Source: Bacillota bacterium
GTDB lineage: Bacteria > Patescibacteriota > Patescibacteriia > Patescibacteriales > UBA12465
Assembly: GCA_050259635.1 (NCBI GenBank)
Contig: JBLNBA010000004.1
Coordinates: 267,005 to 331,004 of the forward strand
Length of the DNA stretch: 64,000 nucleotides
Reading direction: 5' to 3'
The notes under the pieces: model-generated
Database searches by the model: none
What the model was told of the DNA's origin: nothing
Seen by the model: the letters and a program-made list of their open reading frames with translations, nothing else
Shown here: piece by piece, positions 8,899-17,444 of the stretch
How the letters are laid out: each line of letters opens with the position of its first letter
Numbering within the stretch: the stretch's first letter is position 1
Position numbers and translations under genes: made by a program

Positions 8899-10014
8899 TC
8901 AGGCCCGATCCCGTTGCCATTTCAGATAAGCAGCAATGAAGCCCTCCAGCGCTCCGTCCATGACGACATCGACGTTAGTATCTTCATGCTCGCTCCGATG
9001 GTCTTTTACCAAGCGGTTACCATAGAACCAATAAGACCGGATCTGCTGACCCCATTCCGCTTTCACGACTCCGCCCTTCAATTTCCGCTCTTCTTCTTCC
9101 TTCTTCTCAAGTTCTAATTGTGCCAGCTTGGAACGCAGGATCGAAAAAGCATTCTCCTTATTCTGGTGCTGGGACCTTTCCGTCTGGGCGCTTACCGTGA
9201 TCCCCGTTGGGATATGCACCAGGCGGACGGCGGAATCGGTCGTATTCACACTCTGCCCTCCCGGTCCGCTGGAGCGGAATACATCCAGGCGTATATCTTC
9301 ATCCTTAATCACGATCTCGGTCGCCTGGATTTCCGGAATTACCTCGACCGAGGCGAAAGAGGTCTGGCGCAAGCCATCCGCATTGAAAGGCGAATTGCGC
9401 AGCAAGCGATGGGCACCATTCTCGCTCTTCAGGTTCCCATAGGCTCTATACCCCGCAATCTTCATCATCACGCTCTTTATGCCCGCTTCATTACCAGGTA
9501 AACGGTCTATAATCTCCGCCTTCCAGTTCTGCCTTTCAGTAAAGCGCAGATACATGCGCTCGAGCATCTGAGCCCAATCCTGGGCATCGATACCGCCCGT
9601 GCCCGCATTGATAGTCAGGATGGCATCATGGTCGTCATATTTCCCGGTAAAAAGCGAAGCGGCCTCCAGATGGTCCAAATCCCTCTCCCATTGCTCCGCC
9701 TTCTTGGATAATTCCTTTGCCATCGCAGCGTCTTCTTCCTCTAAAGCGAGCGGCGCAATATCCAGGGCATCTTTTAGCGCCCTTTCCAAGATTAGCCATT
9801 GCTCCCTTTCCTTCTGCAATCCCTCAAGCCTTCTGCTAACCACTACTGCTTTTTCCTGGTCTGACCAGAAGTCCGGTCTTTCCATCTCTTTGCGCAAGGT
9901 AGCTATCTCTTCGTCATTTGCCCCGATACCCAAATCGGCTGCCAGGCGTGCTCGGCGCGCCTCGAGTTCTTCTAATGACTTCAGTAATGTCTCCTCGTTG
10001 AATCGGCTATCCAT
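8899..10014 (-). CDS. prfB: Peptide chain release factor 2
   Basis: 371 aa. SPF tripeptide (RNSPFNA) and GGQ (SGPGGQSVN) are present. The ORF is continuous, so no +1 frameshift site is needed. Confidence 0.95.
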   Translation of the reverse strand: MDSRFNEETLLKSLEELEARRARLAADLGIGANDEEIATLRKEMERPDFWSDQEKAVVVSRRLEGLQKEREQWLILERALKDALDIAPLALEEEDAAMAKELSKKAEQWERDLDHLEAASLFTGKYDDHDAILTINAGTGGIDAQDWAQMLERMYLRFTERQNWKAEIIDRLPGNEAGIKSVMMKIAGYRAYGNLKSENGAHRLLRNSPFNADGLRQTSFASVEVIPEIQATEIVIKDEDIRLDVFRSSGPGGQSVNTTDSAVRLVHIPTGITVSAQTERSQHQNKENAFSILRSKLAQLELEKKEEEERKLKGGVVKAEWGQQIRSYWFYGNRLVKDHRSEHEDTNVDVVMDGALEGFIAAYLKWQRDRA

Positions 10015-10042
10015 AGATGATTGTTATGATTAAATACTATAA

Positions 10043-10080
10043 TAAAAAAACATCCCCGTAAACAGGGATGTTTTCTTTTT
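10043..10080 (-). terminator. Intrinsic terminator after rpsI (bidirectional shape)
   Basis: acatccc-cgtaaaca-gggatgt (7 bp), flanked by aaaaaaa and ttttcttttt. On the minus strand it is followed by tttttttatt. Confidence 0.75.
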
Positions 10081-10087
10081 GGTAAGA

Positions 10088-10576
10088 TTAACGTTTGCTC
10101 CACTGCGGGCGCTTTCTGGCGCCTTTGAAACCCGGTTTCTTTCTTTCTTTCTTTCTCGGGTCGCGAGTGAGGAAGCCATTTAGCTTTAAAGCTTCTTTAA
10201 GCAGCGGATCCAACTGTAAGAGCCCGCGCGCGATGCCGTGGCGGCAAGCTTCGATCTGTCCGGTCACGCCTCCGCCCTTAACAATGATGGAAAAATTAAA
10301 ATCGCGGACATGGCCGGTCACCTTCAGCGGTTGGCTGACAATATTAATGCCTTCTCCTGGAAAATACAACGTCCCTTTCTTGCCGTTGATCATGATTGCT
10401 CCCTTGCCATCCTGATAAAGACGGACCTGAGCAACAGAAGTCTTACGGCGGCCGACGGATTTGAGATAGGTGCCGTTGAATTCGACGTGATCCGGCATCG
10501 GCGCCTCCTTGGCTTCAAGTTCCGGAGCGACGACAGCCACTTTCTTCTCTTTCACGGTTTTCTGTTTGGTTTCCAT
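10088..10576 (-). CDS. rpsI: 30S ribosomal protein S9 (with an N-terminal extension of about 30 aa)
   Basis: 162 aa. ...GRRKTSVAQVRL...GGGVTGQIEACRHGIARGL...DPRKKERKKPGFKGARKRPQWSKR is canonical S9. Confidence 0.95.
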   Translation of the reverse strand: METKQKTVKEKKVAVVAPELEAKEAPMPDHVEFNGTYLKSVGRRKTSVAQVRLYQDGKGAIMINGKKGTLYFPGEGINIVSQPLKVTGHVRDFNFSIIVKGGGVTGQIEACRHGIARGLLQLDPLLKEALKLNGFLTRDPRKKERKKPGFKGARKRPQWSKR

Positions 10577-10582
10577 ATGTGG

Positions 10583-10939
10583 TTATCTAATGATTAAACG
10601 CTTCATCTGGGCATCGCGAAGCTTGGTCGGTGGCAGCATCTGCTTAACCGCGCGGCGCAAAACTTCTCCCGGATCCTTGGCGAAGACTTCAGACATCCTT
10701 CTAGTCTTTAAACCGCCGACAAAACCGGTAAAGCTGAAATACTTCTTCTGAAGCAGTTTCTTGCCACTGAAAGACATCTTACCGACATTCTCGACTTCAA
10801 CGATGTCGCCATTGTCGATATAAGCTTCGAATTCGGGCTTATTCTTCCCGCGCAACAAGATTGCGATCTGGCTCGCCAAACGTCCAGCAGCCTGGTCCGT
10901 TGCATCGAGCTTATGGATTTTCCTTTGGATAGTGTTCAT
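10583..10939 (-). CDS. rplM: 50S ribosomal protein L13
   Basis: Start moved to ATG 10939 (MNTIQRKIHKLDATDQAAGRLASQIAILLRGK...). The longer track ORF would overlap rplQ by 130 nt. Confidence 0.93.
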   Translation of the reverse strand: MNTIQRKIHKLDATDQAAGRLASQIAILLRGKNKPEFEAYIDNGDIVEVENVGKMSFSGKKLLQKKYFSFTGFVGGLKTRRMSEVFAKDPGEVLRRAVKQMLPPTKLRDAQMKRLIIR

Positions 10940-10958
10940 ATATTCTGTGCGCGTGAAA

Positions 10959-11309
10959 TTATACGAGTTCGATTTGCACCATCTCGGCGCCGTCTCCTTG
11001 GCGCGGACCGAGCTTAGTCGTGCGGGTATAGCCGCCGTTACGGTCCTGATAGCGCTTGCCCAAAACTTCCATCGCCTTCTTGACGGCATTCTTCTGGAGC
11101 AAGACCTTTATCAAGCCACGGCGAGCATTGAGATCTCCGACCTTAGCCGAAGTGATCATCCGCTCGACGAGGGGGCGGACAGCTTGCGCTTTCGCCTTGG
11201 TGGTTTTAACTTTTTCGTAAATCAGGATGCTCGAAGCCAGATTGCGGAGCATCAGCTCGCGCGGCCCTTTCTCCCGGTCTAAGATTTTATTCGCGTTTCT
11301 GTGGCGCAT
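10959..11309 (-). CDS. rplQ: 50S ribosomal protein L17
   Basis: 116 aa. MRHRNANKILDREKGPRELMLRNLASSILIYEKVKTT... is canonical L17. Confidence 0.95.
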   Translation of the reverse strand: MRHRNANKILDREKGPRELMLRNLASSILIYEKVKTTKAKAQAVRPLVERMITSAKVGDLNARRGLIKVLLQKNAVKKAMEVLGKRYQDRNGGYTRTTKLGPRQGDGAEMVQIELV

Positions 11310-11333
11310 ATGTGTTAATTATGAGGAAGCGGC

Positions 11334-12140
11334 TTATTTCTTGCTTTTCTTCTTGGCCGGCTTTTCAACCTCTTCGGCAGGAAGCTCCGCTTCTTCTTCG
11401 GTATTTAAATCCGCTTCATCGGTCTCTTCTTCGGAAGCCGGGGCAGGCTCCTCAGTACGAGGCAGAAGCGCGCTGAACTGGTCAACTAGAATTTGGGCAG
11501 CCTGGTTAAAGGCTTCCATCGGACTAAGCGTACCATCGGTCTTCATGGTGATGAGCAGCTTGTCCCAATTGGTCATCTTACCGACACGGGTATTCTCAAC
11601 ATCCAGCTGGACGGAAAGTACGGGAGAAAAGATAGAATCAATCTCGATATAACCGAGCTCGTTATTTTCCCTCTTTACGCCTTCACTCATGCGGTATCCA
11701 CGTCCGGAATGGGCAGAGATTTCTACTTCGAGGCTAGCCTTTTCTTCGGTCAAGGTGGCAATCACGAGTTCGGGATTCTTAATTTCAACATTGGCATCCT
11801 TAGCGATATCGGCAGCGGTCACAACCTTCTTGCCTTTAACCTTAAGCTCGAGGCGAACCTCTTCATCTCCATGGATTTTCATCCGGATCTGCTTAATGTT
11901 AAGCATTATTTCCAAAACGTCTTCCTGGATGCCAGGCAAAGTCATGAATTCATGGCTCGCGCCCTTGATCTTGGCGCCGACCACGGCCGCGCCAGGCAAA
12001 GAGGAAAGCAGCACGCGACGCAAGGAATTACCAAGAGTCATGCCGTAACCGGGATACAAAGGTTCCACGACCACAACTCCTTCATTGGCGCCCTTACCGG
12101 CGAGGAAATCTACTTTTTTGGGCAAAGCGATATTTTCCAT
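11334..12140 (-). CDS. rpoA: DNA-directed RNA polymerase alpha subunit, N-terminal domain only plus a low-complexity tail
   Basis: 268 aa. The alpha-NTD is recognisable (LGNSLRRVLLSSLPGAAV...). The last ~46 aa are acidic then KKKSKK, with no helix-hairpin-helix CTD motif. Confidence 0.93.
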   Translation of the reverse strand: MENIALPKKVDFLAGKGANEGVVVVEPLYPGYGMTLGNSLRRVLLSSLPGAAVVGAKIKGASHEFMTLPGIQEDVLEIMLNIKQIRMKIHGDEEVRLELKVKGKKVVTAADIAKDANVEIKNPELVIATLTEEKASLEVEISAHSGRGYRMSEGVKRENNELGYIEIDSIFSPVLSVQLDVENTRVGKMTNWDKLLITMKTDGTLSPMEAFNQAAQILVDQFSALLPRTEEPAPASEEETDEADLNTEEEAELPAEEVEKPAKKKSKK

Positions 12141-12190
12141 AAGAGATGAAAGCCTCCGGCTCCCGCCAAAACGGGACGCCGAACGACCGA

Positions 12191-12826
12191 TTATTTAGAA
12201 TAATACTCGATGATCATCTGCACGTTCACGTTCACCGGCAATTCAGTATCAGCCGGCTCATGCAGGACCTTGCCTTTCAAGTTGGCGGCGTCGAGATTCA
12301 ACCAGCCGGGCAATTCGGATTTCTTCTTTAAAGACTCGCTAATCTGCTTGAAATAAGCATTCTTGCGGCTACCGGAGCGAACGGAGATTTCCTGTCCTTC
12401 TTTAACGACAAAGGACGGGATATCGGTCTTTACGCCATTAACATCAAAGTGGCCGTGGTTAATCAACTGTCTAGCCTGAGAACGGGAGGTCGCAAAACCT
12501 AGATGATAGACGGCGCTATCAAGACGCAATTCAAGTAAACGGATAAAGTTCTTTCCGGCATCGCCCTGCTTGGCTGAAGCCTTTTCGAAAGTGAGACGGA
12601 ACTGCTTCTCCATCATCTGATAATATTTCTTCAGCTTCTGCTTCTCAGTGAGCTGGGTTCCGTAATCGCTCAGCTTCCGGCGTCCGCGGCTCGGACCATG
12701 GAAACCCGGAGGAAAATTCCTCTTCACGATTCCGCACTTTGAAGTATTGCAACGCTCACCCTTGAGGAAAAGCTTTTCCCCGGCGCGGCGGCACTGTGTG
12801 CATTTGCTATCTAGATTTCTTCCCAT
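12191..12826 (-). CDS. rpsD: 30S ribosomal protein S4
   Basis: 211 aa. N-terminal Cys cluster (CTQCRR...CNTSKC), a YGTQLTEKQKLK segment and an S4 domain. Confidence 0.96.
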   Translation of the reverse strand: MGRNLDSKCTQCRRAGEKLFLKGERCNTSKCGIVKRNFPPGFHGPSRGRRKLSDYGTQLTEKQKLKKYYQMMEKQFRLTFEKASAKQGDAGKNFIRLLELRLDSAVYHLGFATSRSQARQLINHGHFDVNGVKTDIPSFVVKEGQEISVRSGSRKNAYFKQISESLKKKSELPGWLNLDAANLKGKVLHEPADTELPVNVNVQMIIEYYSK

Positions 12827-12849
12827 ATTGGTTCTTGATCGATTAATTA

Positions 12850-13449
12850 TTACACTCTGCGCGGCTTCTTAGGGCGGCAGCCGTTATGCGGAACGGGAGT
12901 AGTATCCTTGATCGCGGCAACCTCGAGACCATTGGCGTTCAAGGCTCGGATAGCAGCTTCGCGGCCAGTTCCCACACCGGAGACAAACACACTCACTTCT
13001 TGCAAGCCGTATTCTTCCTTGGCCTTCTGCGCAGCAATCTTAGTGATGATCTGAGCGGCATAAGGAGTGGCCTTTTTGGCGCCCTTAAAACCGGCCATAC
13101 CGGCGCTAGCCCAAGAGATAACATCGCCATTGCCGTCAGTAAGGGTCACCATGGTGTTGTTATAAGTGGCGCTGATATAGGCGCGTCCGACCTTTACGGT
13201 CCGGGCAGCGCGCTTCTTGCGCTTCTTCACCAATTTCTTCTTGGCACGAGCCTGCTTATTCTTTTCAAGCTTCTGCTTGATTTCTTCCGGAAGCTCATCG
13301 TCGGCAGCGGAGTCGAGAGAAAACGGCGCATCGCCGGCTTCGTCATCGTCGGCATCTTCAGCCGGAACGGAAGGAGCGGCTTTCGGTTCCTCCACCGCAA
13401 CAGCCTGCTTCTCTTCTTCTTCGGAATTTAAATTCTTTTCATCGGACAT
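12850..13449 (-). CDS. rpsK: 30S ribosomal protein S11 with an acidic/lysine N-terminal extension of about 70 aa
   Basis: 199 aa. The C-terminal ~125 aa are canonical S11 ([18 protein letters not shown]...[14 protein letters not shown]...). The N-terminus is low complexity. Confidence 0.95.
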   Translation of the reverse strand: MSDEKNLNSEEEEKQAVAVEEPKAAPSVPAEDADDDEAGDAPFSLDSAADDELPEEIKQKLEKNKQARAKKKLVKKRKKRAARTVKVGRAYISATYNNTMVTLTDGNGDVISWASAGMAGFKGAKKATPYAAQIITKIAAQKAKEEYGLQEVSVFVSGVGTGREAAIRALNANGLEVAAIKDTTPVPHNGCRPKKPRRV

Positions 13450-13484
13450 AAATGGAATGAGATAAATTTATGGAAGCAGCCGGA

Positions 13485-13877
13485 TTAGGTCTTCTGAGCG
13501 GACTTAGCGCGCCCGCTGGAAGCGGTCATACGCTTATTGCCACGAACAGTGCGGCTGTTGGTCTTCGTGCGCTGGCCGCGAACCGGCAAATTGCGGCTGT
13601 GGCGCAGGCCGCGATAGCAGCCGATTTCCTTCAAGCGCTTGATATTACTCGCAACTTCGCGGCGCAGATCTCCTTCGACGGTATTCTTCTTCTCGATCTG
13701 TTCGCGGAGGCGGTTAGCTTCTTCCTCTTTAAGGTCTTTGACTTTGGTTTCAGGATTGATCTTCACCTCGGAAAGGATCTTCTTCGCCTTGCTCAACCCG
13801 ATACCGTAGATATAGGTGAGGGATACGTCGACTCTCTTTTCGTTGGGGATGCTCACGCCTGCGATTCTAATAGCCAT
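13485..13877 (-). CDS. rpsM: 30S ribosomal protein S13
   Basis: 130 aa. [27 protein letters not shown]... is canonical S13. Confidence 0.96.
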   Translation of the reverse strand: MAIRIAGVSIPNEKRVDVSLTYIYGIGLSKAKKILSEVKINPETKVKDLKEEEANRLREQIEKKNTVEGDLRREVASNIKRLKEIGCYRGLRHSRNLPVRGQRTKTNSRTVRGNKRMTASSGRAKSAQKT

Positions 13878-13919
13878 AATGATAAATCAGGCGGCCTTCC
13901 GGCCGTTCCTTACTCTTAA

Positions 13920-14033
13920 TTATCCTTGTCTTTGCTTATGCTTAGGGTTCTTGCAAATCACGTACACGCGGCCTTTGCGGCGGACAGTCTTGCAATCCTT
14001 GCAGATTTTTTTCGCACTCGCTCGTACTTTCAT
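13920..14033 (-). CDS. rpmJ: 50S ribosomal protein L36
   Basis: Too short for the ORF track. The reverse complement reads [37 protein letters not shown] (37 aa), canonical L36, in the expected infA-rpmJ-rpsM position. Confidence 0.9.
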   Translation of the reverse strand: MKVRASAKKICKDCKTVRRKGRVYVICKNPKHKQRQG

Positions 14034-14077
14034 AGTGTGGGTGAATATTTATAAAGGGGGTTAAATCCAAATTTAGG

Positions 14078-14335
14078 TCAGAGGCGGAATACGATCCGGC
14101 CTTTGGTCAGATCATAAGGGCTCATCTGTAAGCGAACTCGATCTCCTGGAAGAAGACGGATGCGGTTCATCCTCATCTTCCCGGCAAGATGAGCCAAGAT
14201 CTCATGCCCGCTGTCCAAACGGACGCGGAAAGTCGCGGCAGGCAAAAGCTCCAGGACCTCGCCTTGCATTTCTAAAAAATCTTTGGCATTCAAAGTTTCG
14301 GCGGATTCCTGGGAATTGTTCTTTCCTTTTGACAT
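14078..14335 (-). CDS. infA: Translation initiation factor IF-1
   Basis: S1-like core: ...[64 protein letters not shown]. The start is ambiguous: ATG 14335 is chosen, and the track uses 14365. Confidence 0.85.
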   Translation of the reverse strand: MSKGKNNSQESAETLNAKDFLEMQGEVLELLPAATFRVRLDSGHEILAHLAGKMRMNRIRLLPGDRVRLQMSPYDLTKGRIVFRL

Positions 14336-14428
14336 TAACACAAAAAAATTTGATAAAGACATCATTGAGCCTTATCAAAATTTTTAGAAATATTCCAGTT
14401 TAATCTTGTTTTCACTCTCAATGGCAAT

Positions 14429-14457
14429 AGTATATAGACAGGCGCTTAAATTGTCAA
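14429..14457 (-). promoter_or_regulatory. Candidate sigma70-type promoter of the infA-rpmJ-rpsM-rpsK-rpsD-rpoA-rplQ operon
   Basis: Minus strand: TTGACA (14457-14452), 17 nt, TATACT (14434-14429), in the alaS-infA spacer. Confidence 0.65.
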
Positions 14458-14467
14458 TAGCTAGCCC

Positions 14468-16345
14468 TTATTCGAGCACCGCCTTAATACGGCGGACGCC
14501 AGAAGAGGAGGCTTCTTCCTTTTGTATCCTAAACTTACCCAACTTTCGTAAATTATCGACATGAGGACCGCCACAGATCTCTCGGGAAAATATATCATCC
14601 CAAAGAGACTGCTTCCCTTCCTTCGCCCGTCCGATCGTATAGACCCTTACCGTATCTCCATATTTGGAATCAAAGACGCCATGGCTGTCTGTCGCCTTAG
14701 CTTCTTCTAAGGAAATCTCTTCATAGCCCACATCAAGACCATCGGCAATGGCTTTATTGATGATTTCTTCAACCGCCTTGATCTGTTCCGGCGTCATCTT
14801 CTCCGGATGTGAGAAATCGAAGCGCAAGCGCTCGGAGGTGATATTACTACCCTTCTGGGTGACGTGTTCACCTAAGACTTTGCGCAAAGCGGCTAATAGC
14901 ATATGGGCCGCCGTATGAAGGCGGGTCGTCTCTTCACTATGATCCGCGAGACCGCCCTTGAATTTCCCGGCCGAGGCAGTGCGGGATAGTTCTTGATGCT
15001 TCCTAAGTTCCTCTTCAAATCCGGGACGATCAACTTTGAGTCCTTTCTCGGCGGCAAGTTCTTCCGTTATTTCCAAGGGGAATCCATAGCTCTGATAAAG
15101 ATTAAAGGCGGCCTGACCGTTGATGTCTCCCTCCAGCTTGTTGAACTCGATCATTCCTTTTTCAAGGGTCCGCCCGAACTTTTCTTCCTCCTTATCGAAC
15201 TCGCCGAAAATGAATTCCTGATTCTTTTCCAGCTCGGGATAGGCATCATGGTAATCCTCAAGATAGATTTTTGCTATTTCCTTCAACCATTTTTCGCCGT
15301 TAATGCCCAACTGGCGTCCATAACGGATGGCTCGCCGTAAAAGACGGCGAACGATATATCCCTGATCAGTATTGGAAGGAGGAACGCCCCGATCGTCCCC
15401 GACGATAAAGGTCGCTGCCTTGAGATGATCGGCGATGACTTCAAAAGCCCGTTTATTTTCTTCGTACTTCTTGTTTGATAGTTCTTCGATACGATTTATC
15501 GCTCGCTTGAAAAGATCAGTCTTGAAAATGCTGTCCTCTCCGCTCACCACCATCAAGATACGCTCTAAACCGCCGCCAAAATCGACATTCTTATTAGCCA
15601 TTTCCTCCCAGCCGTTCTGTCCCTTCTTATATTGCATGAAAACTGAATTCCCGATTTCCAGGAACCGCCCGCAGTCACAATTAGGATGGCAGTAATCTCC
15701 GAAAGCCGGATTATGGGGACGCCCCAGGTCATAGAAGGTTTCGGAATCCGGTCCTCCGAGCTCCCCCACGGCATCGCCTCTTTGCCACCAATTCTTATCT
15801 CGATAGGAAAAAATACGCTGAGCACTGAAATCGATCTCCATACCGGAACCCAAGTCGCCCTTGCCGGTAGTAACCGGCCCCTCGCCAGCGCTTACTCCAT
15901 ACTTAACGAATAAGTCCTTCAAGACCGAGACTGCCTCCTCATCTTTCCCGATCTTTCCATCTTCACTCCCGGCATAAACCGTCTGATAAATCCTGCTCGG
16001 ATCTAATTTCAAATCCTCGATCAGGAACTCAAACCACCAGGATAATTGCTCCTTCTTAAAATAATCTCCCAGAGACCAGTTGCCCAGCATCTCGAAAAAA
16101 GTATTATGCCGGCTATCGCCCACCTCATCTATATCTTCCGTCCTAAATGACTTCTGCGAATCCGCTAAGCGCTTACCCGCGGGATGGGTCTCGCCAGAGA
16201 TATATGGAACCAGAGGAAACATTCCTGAGTTAACAAAAAGGAGAGTGGAGTCGTTTTCCGGAAGCAAAGAAGCGCTCGGGATGATGGCATGCCCTCTCGA
16301 TTTGAAAAAATCCAAATATTTCTGCCTGAGTTCGATAGCTGTCAT
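14468..16345 (-). CDS. alaS: Alanyl-tRNA synthetase, short form (catalytic and editing domains, no C-Ala domain)
   Basis: 625 aa. N-terminal class II AlaRS core (FFKSRGHAIIPSASL...), then editing-domain motifs HTAAH and CGGPH. The protein ends right after the editing domain. Confidence 0.95.
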   Translation of the reverse strand: MTAIELRQKYLDFFKSRGHAIIPSASLLPENDSTLLFVNSGMFPLVPYISGETHPAGKRLADSQKSFRTEDIDEVGDSRHNTFFEMLGNWSLGDYFKKEQLSWWFEFLIEDLKLDPSRIYQTVYAGSEDGKIGKDEEAVSVLKDLFVKYGVSAGEGPVTTGKGDLGSGMEIDFSAQRIFSYRDKNWWQRGDAVGELGGPDSETFYDLGRPHNPAFGDYCHPNCDCGRFLEIGNSVFMQYKKGQNGWEEMANKNVDFGGGLERILMVVSGEDSIFKTDLFKRAINRIEELSNKKYEENKRAFEVIADHLKAATFIVGDDRGVPPSNTDQGYIVRRLLRRAIRYGRQLGINGEKWLKEIAKIYLEDYHDAYPELEKNQEFIFGEFDKEEEKFGRTLEKGMIEFNKLEGDINGQAAFNLYQSYGFPLEITEELAAEKGLKVDRPGFEEELRKHQELSRTASAGKFKGGLADHSEETTRLHTAAHMLLAALRKVLGEHVTQKGSNITSERLRFDFSHPEKMTPEQIKAVEEIINKAIADGLDVGYEEISLEEAKATDSHGVFDSKYGDTVRVYTIGRAKEGKQSLWDDIFSREICGGPHVDNLRKLGKFRIQKEEASSSGVRRIKAVLE

Positions 16346-16346
16346 A

Positions 16347-17375
16347 TTAATTTTCGATGATATTTACTTCCGGCTGGATACTGACGCCGAATTTCTTATA
16401 TACTCCTGCCTGCACCTTCTTCACTAAAGCCAAGGCCTGGCGAGCGCTAGCACCGCCGAAATTCACGAGAATCAAGGCCTGCTTATCATACATTCCGACC
16501 GCGCCGAAACGCTTTCCCTTGAAACCCGCCTGCTCGATTAGCCAGCCGGCCGGCACCTTAACCAATGAAGGCTTCGATGCGGGATAGTTTTTTATTTCCG
16601 GAAACTTCTCCTGGATTCTGAGAAAATCCTTCTTGGCGATTTCCGGATTCTTGAAAAACGAACCGGCATTGGGAAGGATGGCGGGATTAGGGAGCTTGCT
16701 GTCCCTTATCTGTCGGATGATCTCCGCTAGTTCCAAGATGCTAGGTTTCTTTATTCCTTTCTCATCCAGCATCTTTCGTATATCGCCGTAATCCAAACGG
16801 AGCTTCGGACGCTTGCTTAGCTTGAGGGTAACACTGGCGATAAAATACTTTCCCTTATATTTATTTTTGAAAATGCTGTCTCGGTAGCCGAAACGGCATT
16901 CTTCCGCCTTAAATATCTTTTCTTTCCCGGTCTTAAGGTCTATCGCTCTTAGGCTGTAGAAGATATCTTTAAGTTCGACTCCATAAGCACCGATGTTCTG
17001 CATCGGAGCCGCACCCACTGTCCCGGGAACGAAATAGAGGTTTTCCGCTCCGCCCCACCCTCGTTCGACGGCAAAATAAACCAGAGCGCTCCACCATTCC
17101 CCGGACCTGGCCTCTACCCAAGCAGAAGCTCCGCTCTCTTTTACCACCCGCACGCCTTTGAGTTCATTCTTTATCACTAAGCCACGGATGGAACCGGCGA
17201 GAAGCATATTAGAACCGCCTCCCAAAACCATGATTGGCAGATTCTTCCCTTTAGCGAAGAGGATTGCCTCCCGCAAATCATCTTCAGTTCTTATAATAGC
17301 AAAAAAAGACGCATTAGCACCGATTTTTAAGGTCGTAAAGGGACCCAAGTTGATGTTTTTCTGAATATTTAACAT
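16347..17375 (-). CDS. murB: UDP-N-acetylenolpyruvoylglucosamine reductase
   Basis: 342 aa. FAD-binding N-terminus (FTTLKIGANA...VLGGGSNML) and a MurB C-terminal domain. Confidence 0.93.
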   Translation of the reverse strand: MLNIQKNINLGPFTTLKIGANASFFAIIRTEDDLREAILFAKGKNLPIMVLGGGSNMLLAGSIRGLVIKNELKGVRVVKESGASAWVEARSGEWWSALVYFAVERGWGGAENLYFVPGTVGAAPMQNIGAYGVELKDIFYSLRAIDLKTGKEKIFKAEECRFGYRDSIFKNKYKGKYFIASVTLKLSKRPKLRLDYGDIRKMLDEKGIKKPSILELAEIIRQIRDSKLPNPAILPNAGSFFKNPEIAKKDFLRIQEKFPEIKNYPASKPSLVKVPAGWLIEQAGFKGKRFGAVGMYDKQALILVNFGGASARQALALVKKVQAGVYKKFGVSIQPEVNIIEN

Positions 17376-17444
17376 ACGCTCTATTATATCCCAATTTTGC
17401 CTTTTTTCAAGGCTCTACCAAAGATCCGGCAAGCCGGATCAATA

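Noticed and set aside
8899-10014. Programmed +1 frameshift in prfB, or an alternative genetic code (UGA recoding as in some candidate phyla).
   Set aside because: The RF2 ORF is continuous from the ATG with no in-frame UGA near codon 25. TGA clearly terminates genes here (26416-26418 and 23735-23737), and RF2 itself is present. The code is standard code 11.
13878-13919. Small GC hairpin (cggcc-ttcc-ggccg) between rpmJ and rpsM as a terminator, and similar short hairpins at 5341-5421 (rpsL-rpsG), 17376-17444 (murC-murB) and 55348-55403 (rseP-hpf).
   Set aside because: The stems are at most 5-7 bp with no U-run, and they lie inside obviously co-transcribed operons. They are more likely mRNA stability or processing elements, or chance.
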